A DNA stretch of 64,000 nt, taken from NCBI GenBank assembly GCA_965237905.1, contig OZ250172.1, forward strand, positions 1,888,001 through 1,952,000. Direction: 5' to 3'. Source of the stretch: Nitrospinaceae bacterium (GTDB lineage Bacteria; Nitrospinota; Nitrospinia; Nitrospinales; Nitrospinaceae). The notes under the pieces are model-generated. The model was not told the origin of the DNA, did not search any database, and saw nothing but the letters and a program-made list of their open reading frames with translations. Below, piece by piece: positions 1 to 9,669 of this stretch (positions are counted from its first letter, which is position 1; each line of letters starts with the position of its first letter). The position numbers were made by a program, and so were the translations under genes.

Positions 1-51
1 AAGAGAGAACAACCGCTCCTGGTCTACGCCAACCAGCAACAAGCGAGCTGA
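1..51 (+). CDS. clpX: 3' end of ATP-dependent Clp protease ATPase ClpX (partial)
   Basis: Frame 1 reads [21 protein letters not shown] is typical of ClpX C-termini, and clpX-lon synteny is common. Confidence 0.7.
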   Translation, partial: KREQPLLVYANQQQAS

Positions 52-53
52 TT

Positions 54-2468
54 ATGAGTGCAGAACGTCTGGTGCTTCCCCTCGTCCCGCTCCGGGATAT
101 CGTGGTGTTCCCTTTCATGGTCATTCCTTTGTTTGTCGGACGGGAGAAGTCCGTCCGCGCGTTGGAAAAAGCCATGGCGGAGCAGAAAAGCGTTTTTCTT
201 TCCGCCCAACGCCATGCCAATACGAACGATCCCAAACCCAGCGACATTTATGAAACGGGAACCTTCGCGAATATTCTGCAAATTCTGAAACTCACCGATG
301 GCACCATGAAGGTGCTGGTGGAAGGGATGCAGAGAGGGCGTATCATTGGGTTCGAGGAAAACTCCAATTACTATGAAGTGGAAGTCGCCCGTATTGAGGA
401 AAACGTCCAGGTCACTCCGGAGCTCAAAGCGCTGATGCGCAGTATCGAAGGCCAGTTCGAGCAATACGCCAAGCTCAACCAGAAAATCCCTCTGGAATCC
501 ATTACGGCTATCTCCAATATCACCGAGCCGCACCGTTTCGCCGACACCATCGCATCCTACATGGTGTTTCAAACCGGCGAGAAGCAGGACATGCTGGACA
601 CGTTCAGTCCCGAAGACCGCCTGAACAAAATCATCACCAGCCTGAAATCGGAAATGGAAATTCTCAAGATCGAAAAGCGGGTGCACGGTCGTGTGCGCAA
701 GCAGATGGAGCGCAGTCAGAAAGAGTTTTATCTGAATGAGCAGATGAAGGCCATCCAGAAGGAACTGGGCAAGCGCGACGAATTCAAGTCCGACATCGAC
801 GAGCTGACGGCGAAAATCAAAAAAGCCAAGATGCCGAAAGATGTCAACGAAAAGGCGGATAAGGAATTGCGGCGTCTCGAAGGCATGCAACCCATGTCCG
901 CTGAAGCAACGGTCGTTCGTAATTACATCGACTGGTTGGTCGATCTGCCTTGGAAGAAAGGCCCTGGTTCCGACAAGGTTAACCTGAAGCAGGCGCAAAA
1001 AATTCTGGACGACGACCATTACGGTCTGGAAAAAGTCAAAGAACGCATCGTCGAACATTTGGCTGTCATGAAACTGGTAAAAAACATGAAAGGACCCATT
1101 CTGTGTCTGGTGGGTCCTCCGGGTGTGGGTAAAACCTCTCTGGGCAAATCCGTCGCCCGCGCGACAGGGCGCAAGTTCGTGCGCATCTCCCTGGGCGGCG
1201 TGCGCGACGAAGCGGAAATCCGCGGTCATCGCCGCACTTACATCGGCGCCCTGCCCGGAAAAATTATCCAGGGCATGAAAAAAGCCGGAACGCTCAACCC
1301 GGTGTTCCTGCTCGACGAAGTGGACAAGATGAGTATGGACTTCCGCGGCGATCCCTCTTCGGCTCTGCTCGAGGTGCTCGATCCGGAACAGAACAGCAAC
1401 TTCAACGATCATTTTCTGGAAATCGACTACGATCTGTCGCAGGTGTTATTCATCTGCACCGCCAATGTCCTGCACACCATCCCACAGCCATTACAGGATC
1501 GCATGGAGATCATCCGCCTACCCGGTTACACCGAGGAGGAAAAACTGTCCATCGCCACTAAATTTCTGGTGCCCAAAAAACTGAAGGAACACGGCCTCAC
1601 CACTCGCAACCTGAAGATTGGCAAAACCATTCTTCAGGCAGTCATCCAAGAATACACGCGGGAGGCAGGGGTGCGCAGTCTCGAACGCGAAATCGGCACA
1701 CTCTGTCGGAAAACTGCGACCCAGGTGGTTGAGAAAGGCAAGAAAACGTCCATCGATTTAAAACCGGCCAGACTGAACAAGTATCTGGGCGTTTCCAAGT
1801 TTTCGAAAAATGCGGAACGCGCGGAATCGGAAGTGGGTGTGGCCACTGGCCTGGCGTGGACGGAGTTCGGTGGCGAATTGCTCAACATAGAAGTCATCAC
1901 CACTCCCGGCACGGGCAAGGTGTCATTGACCGGCAAACTCGGTGACGTCATGAAAGAGTCGGCTCAGGCCGCGCTCAGTTATGTGCGTCAGCGGTCGGCG
2001 GAGTTGGGCTTGCCCAAAAACTTTTATCAGAAGGTGGACCTGCACATGCACATTCCCGAAGGCGCCATCCCAAAAGATGGCCCCTCGGCGGGCATCACCA
2101 TCGCTGTGGCGATCATCTCCGCGTTGACGGGGAATCCGGTGCGCCGGGATATTACCATGACGGGTGAGGTGACTCTGACCGGCAAGGTTTTGCCTATCGG
2201 CGGTCTGAAAGAGAAAGCCCTGGCGGCGCACCGTGTGAAGATTGCAAACATCATCATCCCGAAGGACAACGAAAAAGACGTGTCGGAAATTCCGGAGAAC
2301 GTTCGCAAGAAGATCAAGTTCATCGCAGTGGAATCGATGGACGAAGTGATCAAGCACAGTTTCAAGCAGAAGTTCAGCCTCGAGAAAACGAAGAAGGCCG
2401 CCCTAAAAACCGCAAAGCCGAGCAAAACGAGTACCACACGCCGCCCCTCCGTCTCTCACTTGAATTAG
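54..2468 (+). CDS. lon: Lon ATP-dependent protease
   Basis: [14 protein letters not shown]-domain, Walker A GPPGVGKT, catalytic PKDGPSAG, and PIGGLKEK. Confidence 0.98.
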   Translation: MSAERLVLPLVPLRDIVVFPFMVIPLFVGREKSVRALEKAMAEQKSVFLSAQRHANTNDPKPSDIYETGTFANILQILKLTDGTMKVLVEGMQRGRIIGFEENSNYYEVEVARIEENVQVTPELKALMRSIEGQFEQYAKLNQKIPLESITAISNITEPHRFADTIASYMVFQTGEKQDMLDTFSPEDRLNKIITSLKSEMEILKIEKRVHGRVRKQMERSQKEFYLNEQMKAIQKELGKRDEFKSDIDELTAKIKKAKMPKDVNEKADKELRRLEGMQPMSAEATVVRNYIDWLVDLPWKKGPGSDKVNLKQAQKILDDDHYGLEKVKERIVEHLAVMKLVKNMKGPILCLVGPPGVGKTSLGKSVARATGRKFVRISLGGVRDEAEIRGHRRTYIGALPGKIIQGMKKAGTLNPVFLLDEVDKMSMDFRGDPSSALLEVLDPEQNSNFNDHFLEIDYDLSQVLFICTANVLHTIPQPLQDRMEIIRLPGYTEEEKLSIATKFLVPKKLKEHGLTTRNLKIGKTILQAVIQEYTREAGVRSLEREIGTLCRKTATQVVEKGKKTSIDLKPARLNKYLGVSKFSKNAERAESEVGVATGLAWTEFGGELLNIEVITTPGTGKVSLTGKLGDVMKESAQAALSYVRQRSAELGLPKNFYQKVDLHMHIPEGAIPKDGPSAGITIAVAIISALTGNPVRRDITMTGEVTLTGKVLPIGGLKEKALAAHRVKIANIIIPKDNEKDVSEIPENVRKKIKFIAVESMDEVIKHSFKQKFSLEKTKKAALKTAKPSKTSTTRRPSVSHLN

Positions 2469-2519
2469 CACTCTCATTTGCTAAAAGAATTCTTAACCCT
2501 CTAATCGGATTGATTACTA

Positions 2520-3058
2520 ATGTTAAGTCCCTGGCATGATGTGGAGTTGGGTAATGACCGCCCGGAAATTTTCCCGGCATCATCGAAGTCCCCAAAGGCT
2601 CCAAGACCAAATACGAACTGGACAAGGCGACCGGCATGATCCGCGTCGACCGTATCCTATACAGCTCCGTGCAGTACCCCGCCAACTACGGCTTTATTCC
2701 CCGCACCTATTGCGAAGATCACGATCCGCTCGACGTTCTTGTGCTCGGACAGGAACCGGTGGTGCCGCTTTCCATCATGCGGGCGAAGCCTATCGGTCTG
2801 ATGAAAATGATCGATCACGGTGAGGCCGACGACAAGATCATTGCCGTGCACGCTGACGATCCAGAGTATGCGCATTATGAACTGATGAGCGAACTGCCGC
2901 CGCATCGCATGATGGAAGTGAAACGGTTCTTCGAGGATTACAAGGAGTTGGAGGACAAAAAAGTCGTGGTCGAAGACTTCTTCGGCAAAAAGGAAGCCCT
3001 CGAAACCATCGCCGCCGCCATGGTCCTCTACCAAAAAGAATTCGGCAATAAAAAGTGA
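2520..3058 (+). pseudogene. ppa: Family I inorganic pyrophosphatase split by a 1-nt frameshift near 2558-2580
   Basis: ATG at 2520 gives [19 protein letters not shown]. The continuation [25 protein letters not shown]...[22 protein letters not shown] is in the -1 frame (ATC at 2579). Confidence 0.8.
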
Positions 3059-3087
3059 AATAGGAATTAATTTTTGGGAATTTAAAT

Positions 3088-3762
3088 ATGCCGGGACACT
3101 TATATTTGTTTTTAGACGAAGGCGGCAACTTGGATTTTTCAGCTTCCGGAACAAAGTATTTTACTCTGACCAGTGTGACCATGATCCGTCCCTTTCATAT
3201 GGCCGACCCGCTGGATGAATTGAAATACGATTTAATCGAATTGGGATTGGAAATTGAATATTTTCACGCTTCAGAGGATAAACAAAAGGTGAGAGATAAG
3301 ATTTTTGACATTATAAAAAATCATTTGAATCATATTCAAATCGATTCCCTAATTGTCGAAAAAAGGAAAACCGGTCCCGCTTTAACAAGCGAAGCCCAAT
3401 TTTATCCAAGAATGCTTGGATATTTATTAAAATATCCTTTGACCCATCAGGTTTTTGGGAAATATAGAGCGGAAGATTTTGACGAGGTGATTATCGTTAC
3501 GGACGCTATTCCGGTCAAAAGGAAAAAAGCGGTGGTCGAAAAAGCCATCAAATATTACTTAAAATCACTACCGCAGAAAACTCAATACCGGATCATGCAC
3601 CATTCGTCAAAATCCAGCATGGAACTCCAAGTCGCAGATTATTGCAATTGGGCGATTTTCAGGAAATGGGAAAGAAACGATACCCGGTCATACGATTTGA
3701 TCAAGGGTGGGATCAAGAGCGAATTTGATATTTTCAGGACTGGAACTAGTAATTACTACTAA
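3088..3762 (+). CDS. DUF3800 family protein (predicted RNase H-like fold)
   Basis: N-terminal LFLDEGG and C-terminal LQVADYC (the DE and QxxD motifs of DUF3800). Visibly more AT-rich than the flanking genes. Confidence 0.85.
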   Translation: MPGHLYLFLDEGGNLDFSASGTKYFTLTSVTMIRPFHMADPLDELKYDLIELGLEIEYFHASEDKQKVRDKIFDIIKNHLNHIQIDSLIVEKRKTGPALTSEAQFYPRMLGYLLKYPLTHQVFGKYRAEDFDEVIIVTDAIPVKRKKAVVEKAIKYYLKSLPQKTQYRIMHHSSKSSMELQVADYCNWAIFRKWERNDTRSYDLIKGGIKSEFDIFRTGTSNYY

Positions 3763-3849
3763 AAAAATGACCTCCCGAGCTATCCTTCAAGAGGAAGAAC
3801 CCCATGGGTTCTTTTCGCAAGGGAGGAACCTTTTCATATTTTCTTTTCT
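3761..3849 (-). ncRNA. Putative structured small RNA convergent with the DUF3800 gene (DUF3800-motif-like)
   Basis: Pairings 3771-3776/3821-3826 (CCTCCC/GGGAGG), 3795-3802/3806-3813 (AAGAACCC/GGGTTCTT) and 3783-3786/3792-3795. Ends in U7 on the minus strand, with a sigma70 promoter upstream. Confidence 0.65.
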
Positions 3850-3855
3850 AATATC

Positions 3856-3884
3856 AATTTATCTTCAATTTAACAATTTGTCAA
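3856..3884 (-). promoter_or_regulatory. sigma70-type promoter driving the putative sRNA
   Basis: Minus strand TTGACA (3884-3879), 17-nt spacer, TAAATT (3861-3856). Confidence 0.65.
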
Positions 3885-3896
3885 ATTTTGACAAAT
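3876..3896. promoter_or_regulatory. Perfect palindrome over the -35 box (candidate operator)
   Basis: ATTTGTCAAA-T-TTTGACAAAT, 10-bp arms. Confidence 0.5.
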
Positions 3897-4054
3897 AGAT
3901 TAATTTGTTAAACCTTATATTTATTCCCTTCATATATATTTAATTTATCAGGGATCGAAAGTTGTAACCTGATACTTTAAAAGGGATTACCCGCTTTCAA
4001 GGAAAAGTGTTTTGGCAACTTTTTTATATGGTTCTTATTGCTAAACCTGTTCGG

Positions 4055-4888
4055 CTACATTTCCCAGCGGGATGGGAGGGGGGCTTCGGTGTCTTCCTTC
4101 ATGGCCATGACCACGCGCGGCTCGTTGGCCATACGGTTTTTGATGACGGCCAACAGGGTGACGCTGTCGGACAGGAAGGCATCTTTATTGGATTCGTCCA
4201 CCTTGCGGTCCCACAAACCTTTATAGAGATCAATCAACGGTTGGGTTTTCAGGATCAGCTCCTGAATTTCAGAATAGGGCACCTTGCGAGTCGCGTTTTT
4301 CCTCGAAAACTCGGCGTGCTTCAGCCACAGATCGACATCCGCCGGCGCTTCGCCCACCACTTCGGTAAAATGTTCGCGCGCTTTTTCTTTTCCCATTTGA
4401 TCGATGACTCCGTTAACCTTGACGGCCAGATCATTCTGCGGCACACCTTGGGCAGTCCGGCATAAATGCCGCAGGGAGAACACCAGTGTGTTCATGTTGC
4501 TGTCGATTTGCATCCCGTTGTTGGAATGGGGCCTGATCAGTGCCGACCGCTCGAACATACTCCAGGCGCCGCCTTCCCGCTGAACGTATTTGCGCGTTTT
4601 GTCCAGTGGATCGAGCAGGGCCAGGCAGGAGGCGGTATCTTTAACCGGGGATTTTGGAGCGGGTCCGCTGGTGCGCATCAGTGTGTCATACAGATCCTGA
4701 TTGATGGGGATGTGGATCGCGGTTCCGCTTTTGGGCGCCAGGGCGGCGTCTTTGGTGATATCCACCTGCTCGGTTTTGACCCAGGTTTTTTCCCTTTCCG
4801 GCAGGCGCAGAGGTTCTTCTGCCGACTGGTCCGAACCGCAAGCGGTCAATAGTAATAAAGCGATTCCCCCCACCCCTGCTTTCAACAT
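4055..4888 (-). CDS. Hypothetical lipoprotein
   Basis: 277-aa ORF with lipobox LLTAC. Confidence 0.75.
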   Translation of the reverse strand: MLKAGVGGIALLLLTACGSDQSAEEPLRLPEREKTWVKTEQVDITKDAALAPKSGTAIHIPINQDLYDTLMRTSGPAPKSPVKDTASCLALLDPLDKTRKYVQREGGAWSMFERSALIRPHSNNGMQIDSNMNTLVFSLRHLCRTAQGVPQNDLAVKVNGVIDQMGKEKAREHFTEVVGEAPADVDLWLKHAEFSRKNATRKVPYSEIQELILKTQPLIDLYKGLWDRKVDESNKDAFLSDSVTLLAVIKNRMANEPRVVMAMKEDTEAPLPSRWEM

Positions 4889-4919
4889 AAAAATCTTTTT
4901 TTCATCCTTATATATTTTA

Positions 4920-5246
4920 TTAATGGGTGTAGTGCTTCTTTTGATTGAGCTTCAACAGGTCCTTCACTCTTTGTTTGTCAACACCCGTGTCCTTGCTTCC
5001 AGAACCTTCTTTTTTAGCTCCAAGATGTTTCCGTGCTGGAGCGGGCGCCGCCACCGGGAGGTTGCCTGCATTTCCTTTGCTGGATTTCATTTTTTTTATG
5101 TGTTTTTTGTTCCGCTGATCCAGCGGCACCTTGCTGAGACTGTCGGTAAAATGAATTTTACCGTCCTTATCCGTCCACTTGTACAAGCCCGCAAACGCCG
5201 GTGAAGCCAGCGCCAAACAGACCACAGTGATGATAAAAATTCGCAT
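4920..5246 (-). CDS. DUF4124 domain secreted protein
   Basis: Signal peptide followed by LYKWTDKDGKIHFTD. RBS GAGGTG precedes the ATG at 5246. Confidence 0.85.
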   Translation of the reverse strand: MRIFIITVVCLALASPAFAGLYKWTDKDGKIHFTDSLSKVPLDQRNKKHIKKMKSSKGNAGNLPVAAPAPARKHLGAKKEGSGSKDTGVDKQRVKDLLKLNQKKHYTH

Positions 5247-5708
5247 GTGACACCTCACTTTAAGGACCGCCGGGTACCGGCGACCGGTTCACATTCAGCC
5301 AAAGAAGCCACCCCTTTTTATAGAGTGCGCTCCCCCCGTCCCAAAGCGAATGTCTCATTATCTATTAATTTTACAGGAAAAGCCGGGCCCACGCTACTCG
5401 AAGACCCGATAAACCCGGCACGGATTAGGGCCCAGGCACCCAATTGATTGAAAAATAGATCGCTACATGGTTTTTTCGCTGAAGAATTTTTAAAGGTTGG
5501 GCAGGATCAGGGTACGAAAAAGAGACGTGGGTTCGATTAAAGTTTCGTTGCCGCGTGGACCGATAAGGAGGGTGTTGCTATGCAGGTAAAAAAGGATCAC
5601 AGGGGCAAAGTTTTCCCACTATCGCCGAGAAATACAGATGAAGGCGAAACTCCTGAACCCTATTTGATATAAGGGGTTGGACAATTAACCCGGTGTTCCA
5701 GAGAGGGC

Positions 5709-5738
5709 TTGACAACCCCGGTATGGGTTTTGCATAAT
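5709..5738 (+). promoter_or_regulatory. Possible sigma70 promoter
   Basis: TTGACA-N18-CATAAT upstream of the CDS at 5777. Confidence 0.45.
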
Positions 5739-5776
5739 CATAGAAAAAACAATACTTTAAAAGGAAGCTCCAGCGT

Positions 5777-6349
5777 ATGACCACTCTCAAGTCCAAGTCG
5801 ATCCGGCTCGTTGCTCTTTTTATGGCAGTCAGTTTTCTGGCCGGTTGTGAGGTCAAGTTCGGTCCGTCCAATTTCTGGGATAAATGGTTCAAGCCCGAAA
5901 CCGATACCGAGTATTACCAGGACAAATCCGAGGATCTGGTGGACACCATCACCCGCGACGTGGAGGAGTACGAGATCAACAAGATCGTGGTGCTGGATCT
6001 GGTGGACGACAAGGACAAGGTGCCCATCCTCGGCCAGTACATGTCCAACCGGGTGGTGGAAGCCATGACGCGCAACAAGACGTTCCGGGTGGCCCAGCGC
6101 GGCGAGGTCGAAGAAACGCTGAACCGGCTGGACCTGAAACATTCCTTCAAATACACCAGCGAGGACATTCAACGCCTCGGCAAGGCAATGAACGCCCAGG
6201 CACTGGTGATGGGCAAACTGCTGGATATCGGCGCGAACATCGACGTGCACATCGCGTTGGTGGATATCGCCAGCGGCGAAGTCATCGCCTCCGCCTCCGA
6301 ACAACTCATCCGCACCCGCTCCGCCGTCGAACTCCTGCGGCACTATTAA
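5777..6349 (+). CDS. FlgO/CsgG-like outer-membrane lipoprotein
   Basis: Lipobox LAGC. KIVVLDL...RLGKAMNAQALVMG...LVDIASGEVIASAS fits the CsgG/FlgO/TolB-N fold. Confidence 0.7.
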   Translation: MTTLKSKSIRLVALFMAVSFLAGCEVKFGPSNFWDKWFKPETDTEYYQDKSEDLVDTITRDVEEYEINKIVVLDLVDDKDKVPILGQYMSNRVVEAMTRNKTFRVAQRGEVEETLNRLDLKHSFKYTSEDIQRLGKAMNAQALVMGKLLDIGANIDVHIALVDIASGEVIASASEQLIRTRSAVELLRHY

Positions 6350-6368
6350 AAACCAAACTCTATTTTAA

Positions 6369-8321
6369 TTATCTGATTTTGTTCCTATATCGGGCGAGGG
6401 CCATGAGGGGGAAGAAGATCTGGTACAGGTGGTACTTGATATAAAAATGGCGCGGGAAACCGGTGCCGGTGAATTCATGTTCGTACCAGCTGCCATTCTT
6501 TTTCTGATGTTTACCGAGGTATTGAATGCCACGCTTGGCGGCGGGGCTTTCGGCGGCGTCGGCTTCGATCAGTCCCATCACCGCCCAGGCGGTTTGTGAG
6601 TTCGTGCTTTTACCTTTCCCGCGGAGATTGGACATTTCATAACTCCGACAAGTTTCGCCCCAGCCGCCGTCCTCGTTCTGATGTTCCTTCAACCATTCAG
6701 CGGCACGGCGGATGTAGGACTGGCTGGGGTCTTCGCCGATCGACCGCAAGCCGCTCAACACCAGCCACGTCCCGTAAATATAATTCACTCCCCATCGACC
6801 GAACCAGCACCCGTCGGCTTCCTGCTCGCTCTTGATGAACTGTAAGGCGCGTTGCACCATCGGGTCGTCGATGTCGTGATTGATGCGCCCGAGCATCCAC
6901 AGAATGCGGCCCGTCACGTCGACCGTCGGCGGGTCGAGCATGGCACCGTGGTCGGCGAAAGGAATCTTATTAAACAGTTCGTGGTCGTTGTCCTGGTCGA
7001 ACGCCGCCCACCCGCCGTTTTTGCTTTGCATGCTGAACAGCCAGGTGAGGGCGCGCTGCATTTCCTTGCCCTTCCATATCGTGTCGGGAATAGCGGTGCG
7101 GTCCAACGCCATCAGAATTTCCGCGGTGTCGTCGCAGTCCGGGTACGGTTCGTTGTAAAACTCGAACGCCCAGCCACCTGCCGGGGTTTTCGGATTTTTA
7201 ACCATCCAGTCACCGGGACGCGTCACCTGTTTTCTCAGCATCCATTCTCCGGCCTTGACGATGGCGGGATGATCGCCCGGCACCCCGGCATCCATCAACG
7301 CGTTGCAGGAGAGCGAGGTGTCCCACAGCGGCGAGACGCAGGCCTGGGAAATCAGTTGGTTCCCGCGGTCGATGATGAACCGGTCGATGGCCTCGTAGCC
7401 TTTGACCATGAGTGGGTCATCGTTTTCGTATCCCATTAGTTTCAACGCCATCATCGAATTCAACATGGCCGGCTGGATACCGGCGAAGTCGCCTTCCGGC
7501 TCCTGATGGTCGAGCGTCCACTGCAAGGCGCGCCTCAAGGCCCAACCCCGGAACGGCTTGATGGGTGATTTGCCGAGGAACTTAAGGAACCGGTCGACTT
7601 TCAAAAAAAAGTTCGGCCAGTTCAATCCGCTTTTTTTGGATTGGAGGGACAAGTCCTGGTCGGCACTGGTGAATATCTCCTGCACCGACTGCTCGGCTTT
7701 CAGCGGCCACACCGGTTTGTGGGCGGCGACGATAGTCAGCGGCACCACGGTACCGCGCGACCAGCTCGACATCTCGTAAATATTGAAGTAGAAACTTTTG
7801 GGGAGCAGGATGATTTCCACCGGCATGGCGGGCACGTCGTCCCACGAACTTTGCCCCAGCATGGCCAGAAAGACTTTGGTGAAGACCCGGGCCTTGCGTA
7901 CCCCGCCCCGGGTGAAGATGCATTTGAGGGCGCGGGCCATCTCCGGCGCGTTGAGGTCCATCCCCGCCATGCGGAGCGCAACGTAGGACTCTACCGTGGT
8001 GCTGATATCGCTGGTCTCTCCGTAATACAGGGGCCATCCGCCGTCCGACTGCTGGGTTTTCAGCAGGGTATTCTTGCACTTCTCCACCCGCTCCGGGTTC
8101 CAGATCCCCATAAAATGCATGAAAAACACATATTCCGCGACCATGGTGGCGTTGGATTCCAGCTCGGCCACCCAGTACCCGTCCGGATGCTGGAGGGAGA
8201 ACAGGTAATCCTTCGCCCGGTCAATCGCCCTGTCCAGGGGTGACTCCGTCTTTGCCTTGGGTACCGGAGAACCCAAGGGTGATGCTGATTTTTCAACGGT
8301 TTCAGGTTTTTGCTCGGGCAT
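6369..8321 (-). CDS. shc: Squalene-hopene cyclase
   Basis: YPDCDDTAE (DxDD) motif, QW repeats (QxxDGxW, QxxNGGW), and FTGTGFPRHFYIKYHLY. Confidence 0.97.
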   Translation of the reverse strand: MPEQKPETVEKSASPLGSPVPKAKTESPLDRAIDRAKDYLFSLQHPDGYWVAELESNATMVAEYVFFMHFMGIWNPERVEKCKNTLLKTQQSDGGWPLYYGETSDISTTVESYVALRMAGMDLNAPEMARALKCIFTRGGVRKARVFTKVFLAMLGQSSWDDVPAMPVEIILLPKSFYFNIYEMSSWSRGTVVPLTIVAAHKPVWPLKAEQSVQEIFTSADQDLSLQSKKSGLNWPNFFLKVDRFLKFLGKSPIKPFRGWALRRALQWTLDHQEPEGDFAGIQPAMLNSMMALKLMGYENDDPLMVKGYEAIDRFIIDRGNQLISQACVSPLWDTSLSCNALMDAGVPGDHPAIVKAGEWMLRKQVTRPGDWMVKNPKTPAGGWAFEFYNEPYPDCDDTAEILMALDRTAIPDTIWKGKEMQRALTWLFSMQSKNGGWAAFDQDNDHELFNKIPFADHGAMLDPPTVDVTGRILWMLGRINHDIDDPMVQRALQFIKSEQEADGCWFGRWGVNYIYGTWLVLSGLRSIGEDPSQSYIRRAAEWLKEHQNEDGGWGETCRSYEMSNLRGKGKSTNSQTAWAVMGLIEADAAESPAAKRGIQYLGKHQKKNGSWYEHEFTGTGFPRHFYIKYHLYQIFFPLMALARYRNKIR

Positions 8322-8481
8322 GAATCACCTGGAAAAACTAAGTGGGTGGCTGTGGTTCCGGTCCGGGATGTCCTGGGACGGGGTGACAGTCCTGATAGAG
8401 GGTTCAAATATCAGTGACCTTCCCTCATTATAATCAAGAAACGGAAATTTACAAATAGTCATAAAGGGGTCGCTTTCCCTG

Positions 8482-8510
8482 TTGACAGACTGGCCGGAAT
8501 TTCTTATTAT
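8482..8510 (+). promoter_or_regulatory. sigma70 promoter of rplM-rpsI
   Basis: TTGACA-N17-TATTAT. Confidence 0.7.
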
Positions 8511-8549
8511 GACTGGTTTTAAACCCTTACATAAATATCTGATTTTTTT

Positions 8550-8978
8550 ATGAAAACGTTTTCAGCCAAGCCACAGGACGTCGTCAAAAACTGGGTCGTG
8601 ATCGATGCGGCGGACCAGGCACTGGGCCGGGTCGCCAGCAAGGTGGCGGCGATTGTCCGCGGCAAGACCAAGCCCATTTACACCCCGCATGTGGATACCG
8701 GCGACAATGTCATTATCATCAATGCCGCGCAGGTCAAACTGACCGGGAACAAGTGGGGCAATAAAATTTATCATCATCACACCGGTTACATCGGGCATTT
8801 GCGATCCGCCAGCGCGAAGCAGATTATGGAAAAGAATCCGCGCGAACTGCTCAAGAAAGCGATCAACGGCATGTTGCCGAAGACTCGGCTGGGGCGGACG
8901 CTACGCAGTAATTACCGGATTTATGATAACGCAGAACATCCTCACAGCGGACAAAAACCCGAAGTGGTTTCCGTTTAA
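8550..8978 (+). CDS. rplM: 50S ribosomal protein L13
   Basis: WVVIDA..LGRVAS..RGKTKPIYTPHVDTGD..GMLPK. Confidence 0.98.
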   Translation: MKTFSAKPQDVVKNWVVIDAADQALGRVASKVAAIVRGKTKPIYTPHVDTGDNVIIINAAQVKLTGNKWGNKIYHHHTGYIGHLRSASAKQIMEKNPRELLKKAINGMLPKTRLGRTLRSNYRIYDNAEHPHSGQKPEVVSV

Positions 8979-9027
8979 GTAATCATCTTTGAAGGACCGG
9001 GGCAATCCCCGGTATGGAGCACACTCA

Positions 9028-9417
9028 GTGGAAGATAGATATTACGCAACTGGCAGAAGAAAAGAAGCGACCGCCAAGGTCTGGATTCAGGCCGGCGAAG
9101 GCAGCATCATCGTCAATGGCAAAGAACTCAGTGCCTACTTCGGACGGAAAACCGCTGATATGATCGTGCATCAACCACTGGTCCTCACCGACAATCTTAA
9201 ATCTCTCGATATCAAAGCCACCGTTTTGGGCGGTGGATTATCCGGCCAGGCCGGAGCGCTCCGATTGGGTATTTCCCGAGCCCTGATCGTATCCAATCCC
9301 GAACTCAGGCCTCCTCTGAAAAAAGCCGGGTTCCTCACCCGTGATCCCCGCGAAGTCGAACGTAAAAAATATGGACGTGCCGGGGCTCGTAAACGTTTCC
9401 AGTTCTCCAAGCGTTAA
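9028..9417 (+). CDS. rpsI: 30S ribosomal protein S9
   Basis: [38 protein letters not shown] start at 9028 after GGAG. Confidence 0.97.
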   Translation: MEDRYYATGRRKEATAKVWIQAGEGSIIVNGKELSAYFGRKTADMIVHQPLVLTDNLKSLDIKATVLGGGLSGQAGALRLGISRALIVSNPELRPPLKKAGFLTRDPREVERKKYGRAGARKRFQFSKR

Positions 9418-9434
9418 CCACCGGCGAAGCGCCT

Positions 9435-9565
9435 GCCAGCGTAACGCTGGACCCAGCTTGGCTTGGGGCGTTGCGGAGTTTTCTTCCGTTTCTTTCGCAT
9501 CAAAAGGTTTTTAAATATCCCCTGCGGGCGTGGCCCGCTTAAAATTACCTGCGGAGGTACTCCGC
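9435..9565. repeat. REP-like palindromic repeats
   Basis: GCCAGCGTAACGCTGGAC (9435-9452) and two AT-rich-leader plus GC hairpin units (about 9508-9538 and 9539-9565). Related copies at 27215-27413 and 41401-41428. Confidence 0.6.
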
Positions 9566-9669
9566 ATTTCCCTGTATAATTAATCTCTGTTAGCGATTGT
9601 GGCAAACGTTTGCCGTTTGCCGGACCGTGCGACTCTCTTTTATCGGAGTCCATGGCACAAGGATCTGTT

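Noticed and set aside
24..1412. 462-aa minus-strand ORF
   Set aside because: Antisense shadow of lon, with no family motifs.
3707..3898. 63-aa ORF over the DUF3800 3' flank
   Set aside because: It overlaps the DUF3800 end and has no clear RBS. The region is better explained by the RNA structure and promoter.
5250..5365. Possible riboswitch in the DUF4124 gene leader
   Set aside because: Some pairing is present (ACATTC/GAATGT and a CGCCGG hairpin), but no recognisable aptamer consensus.
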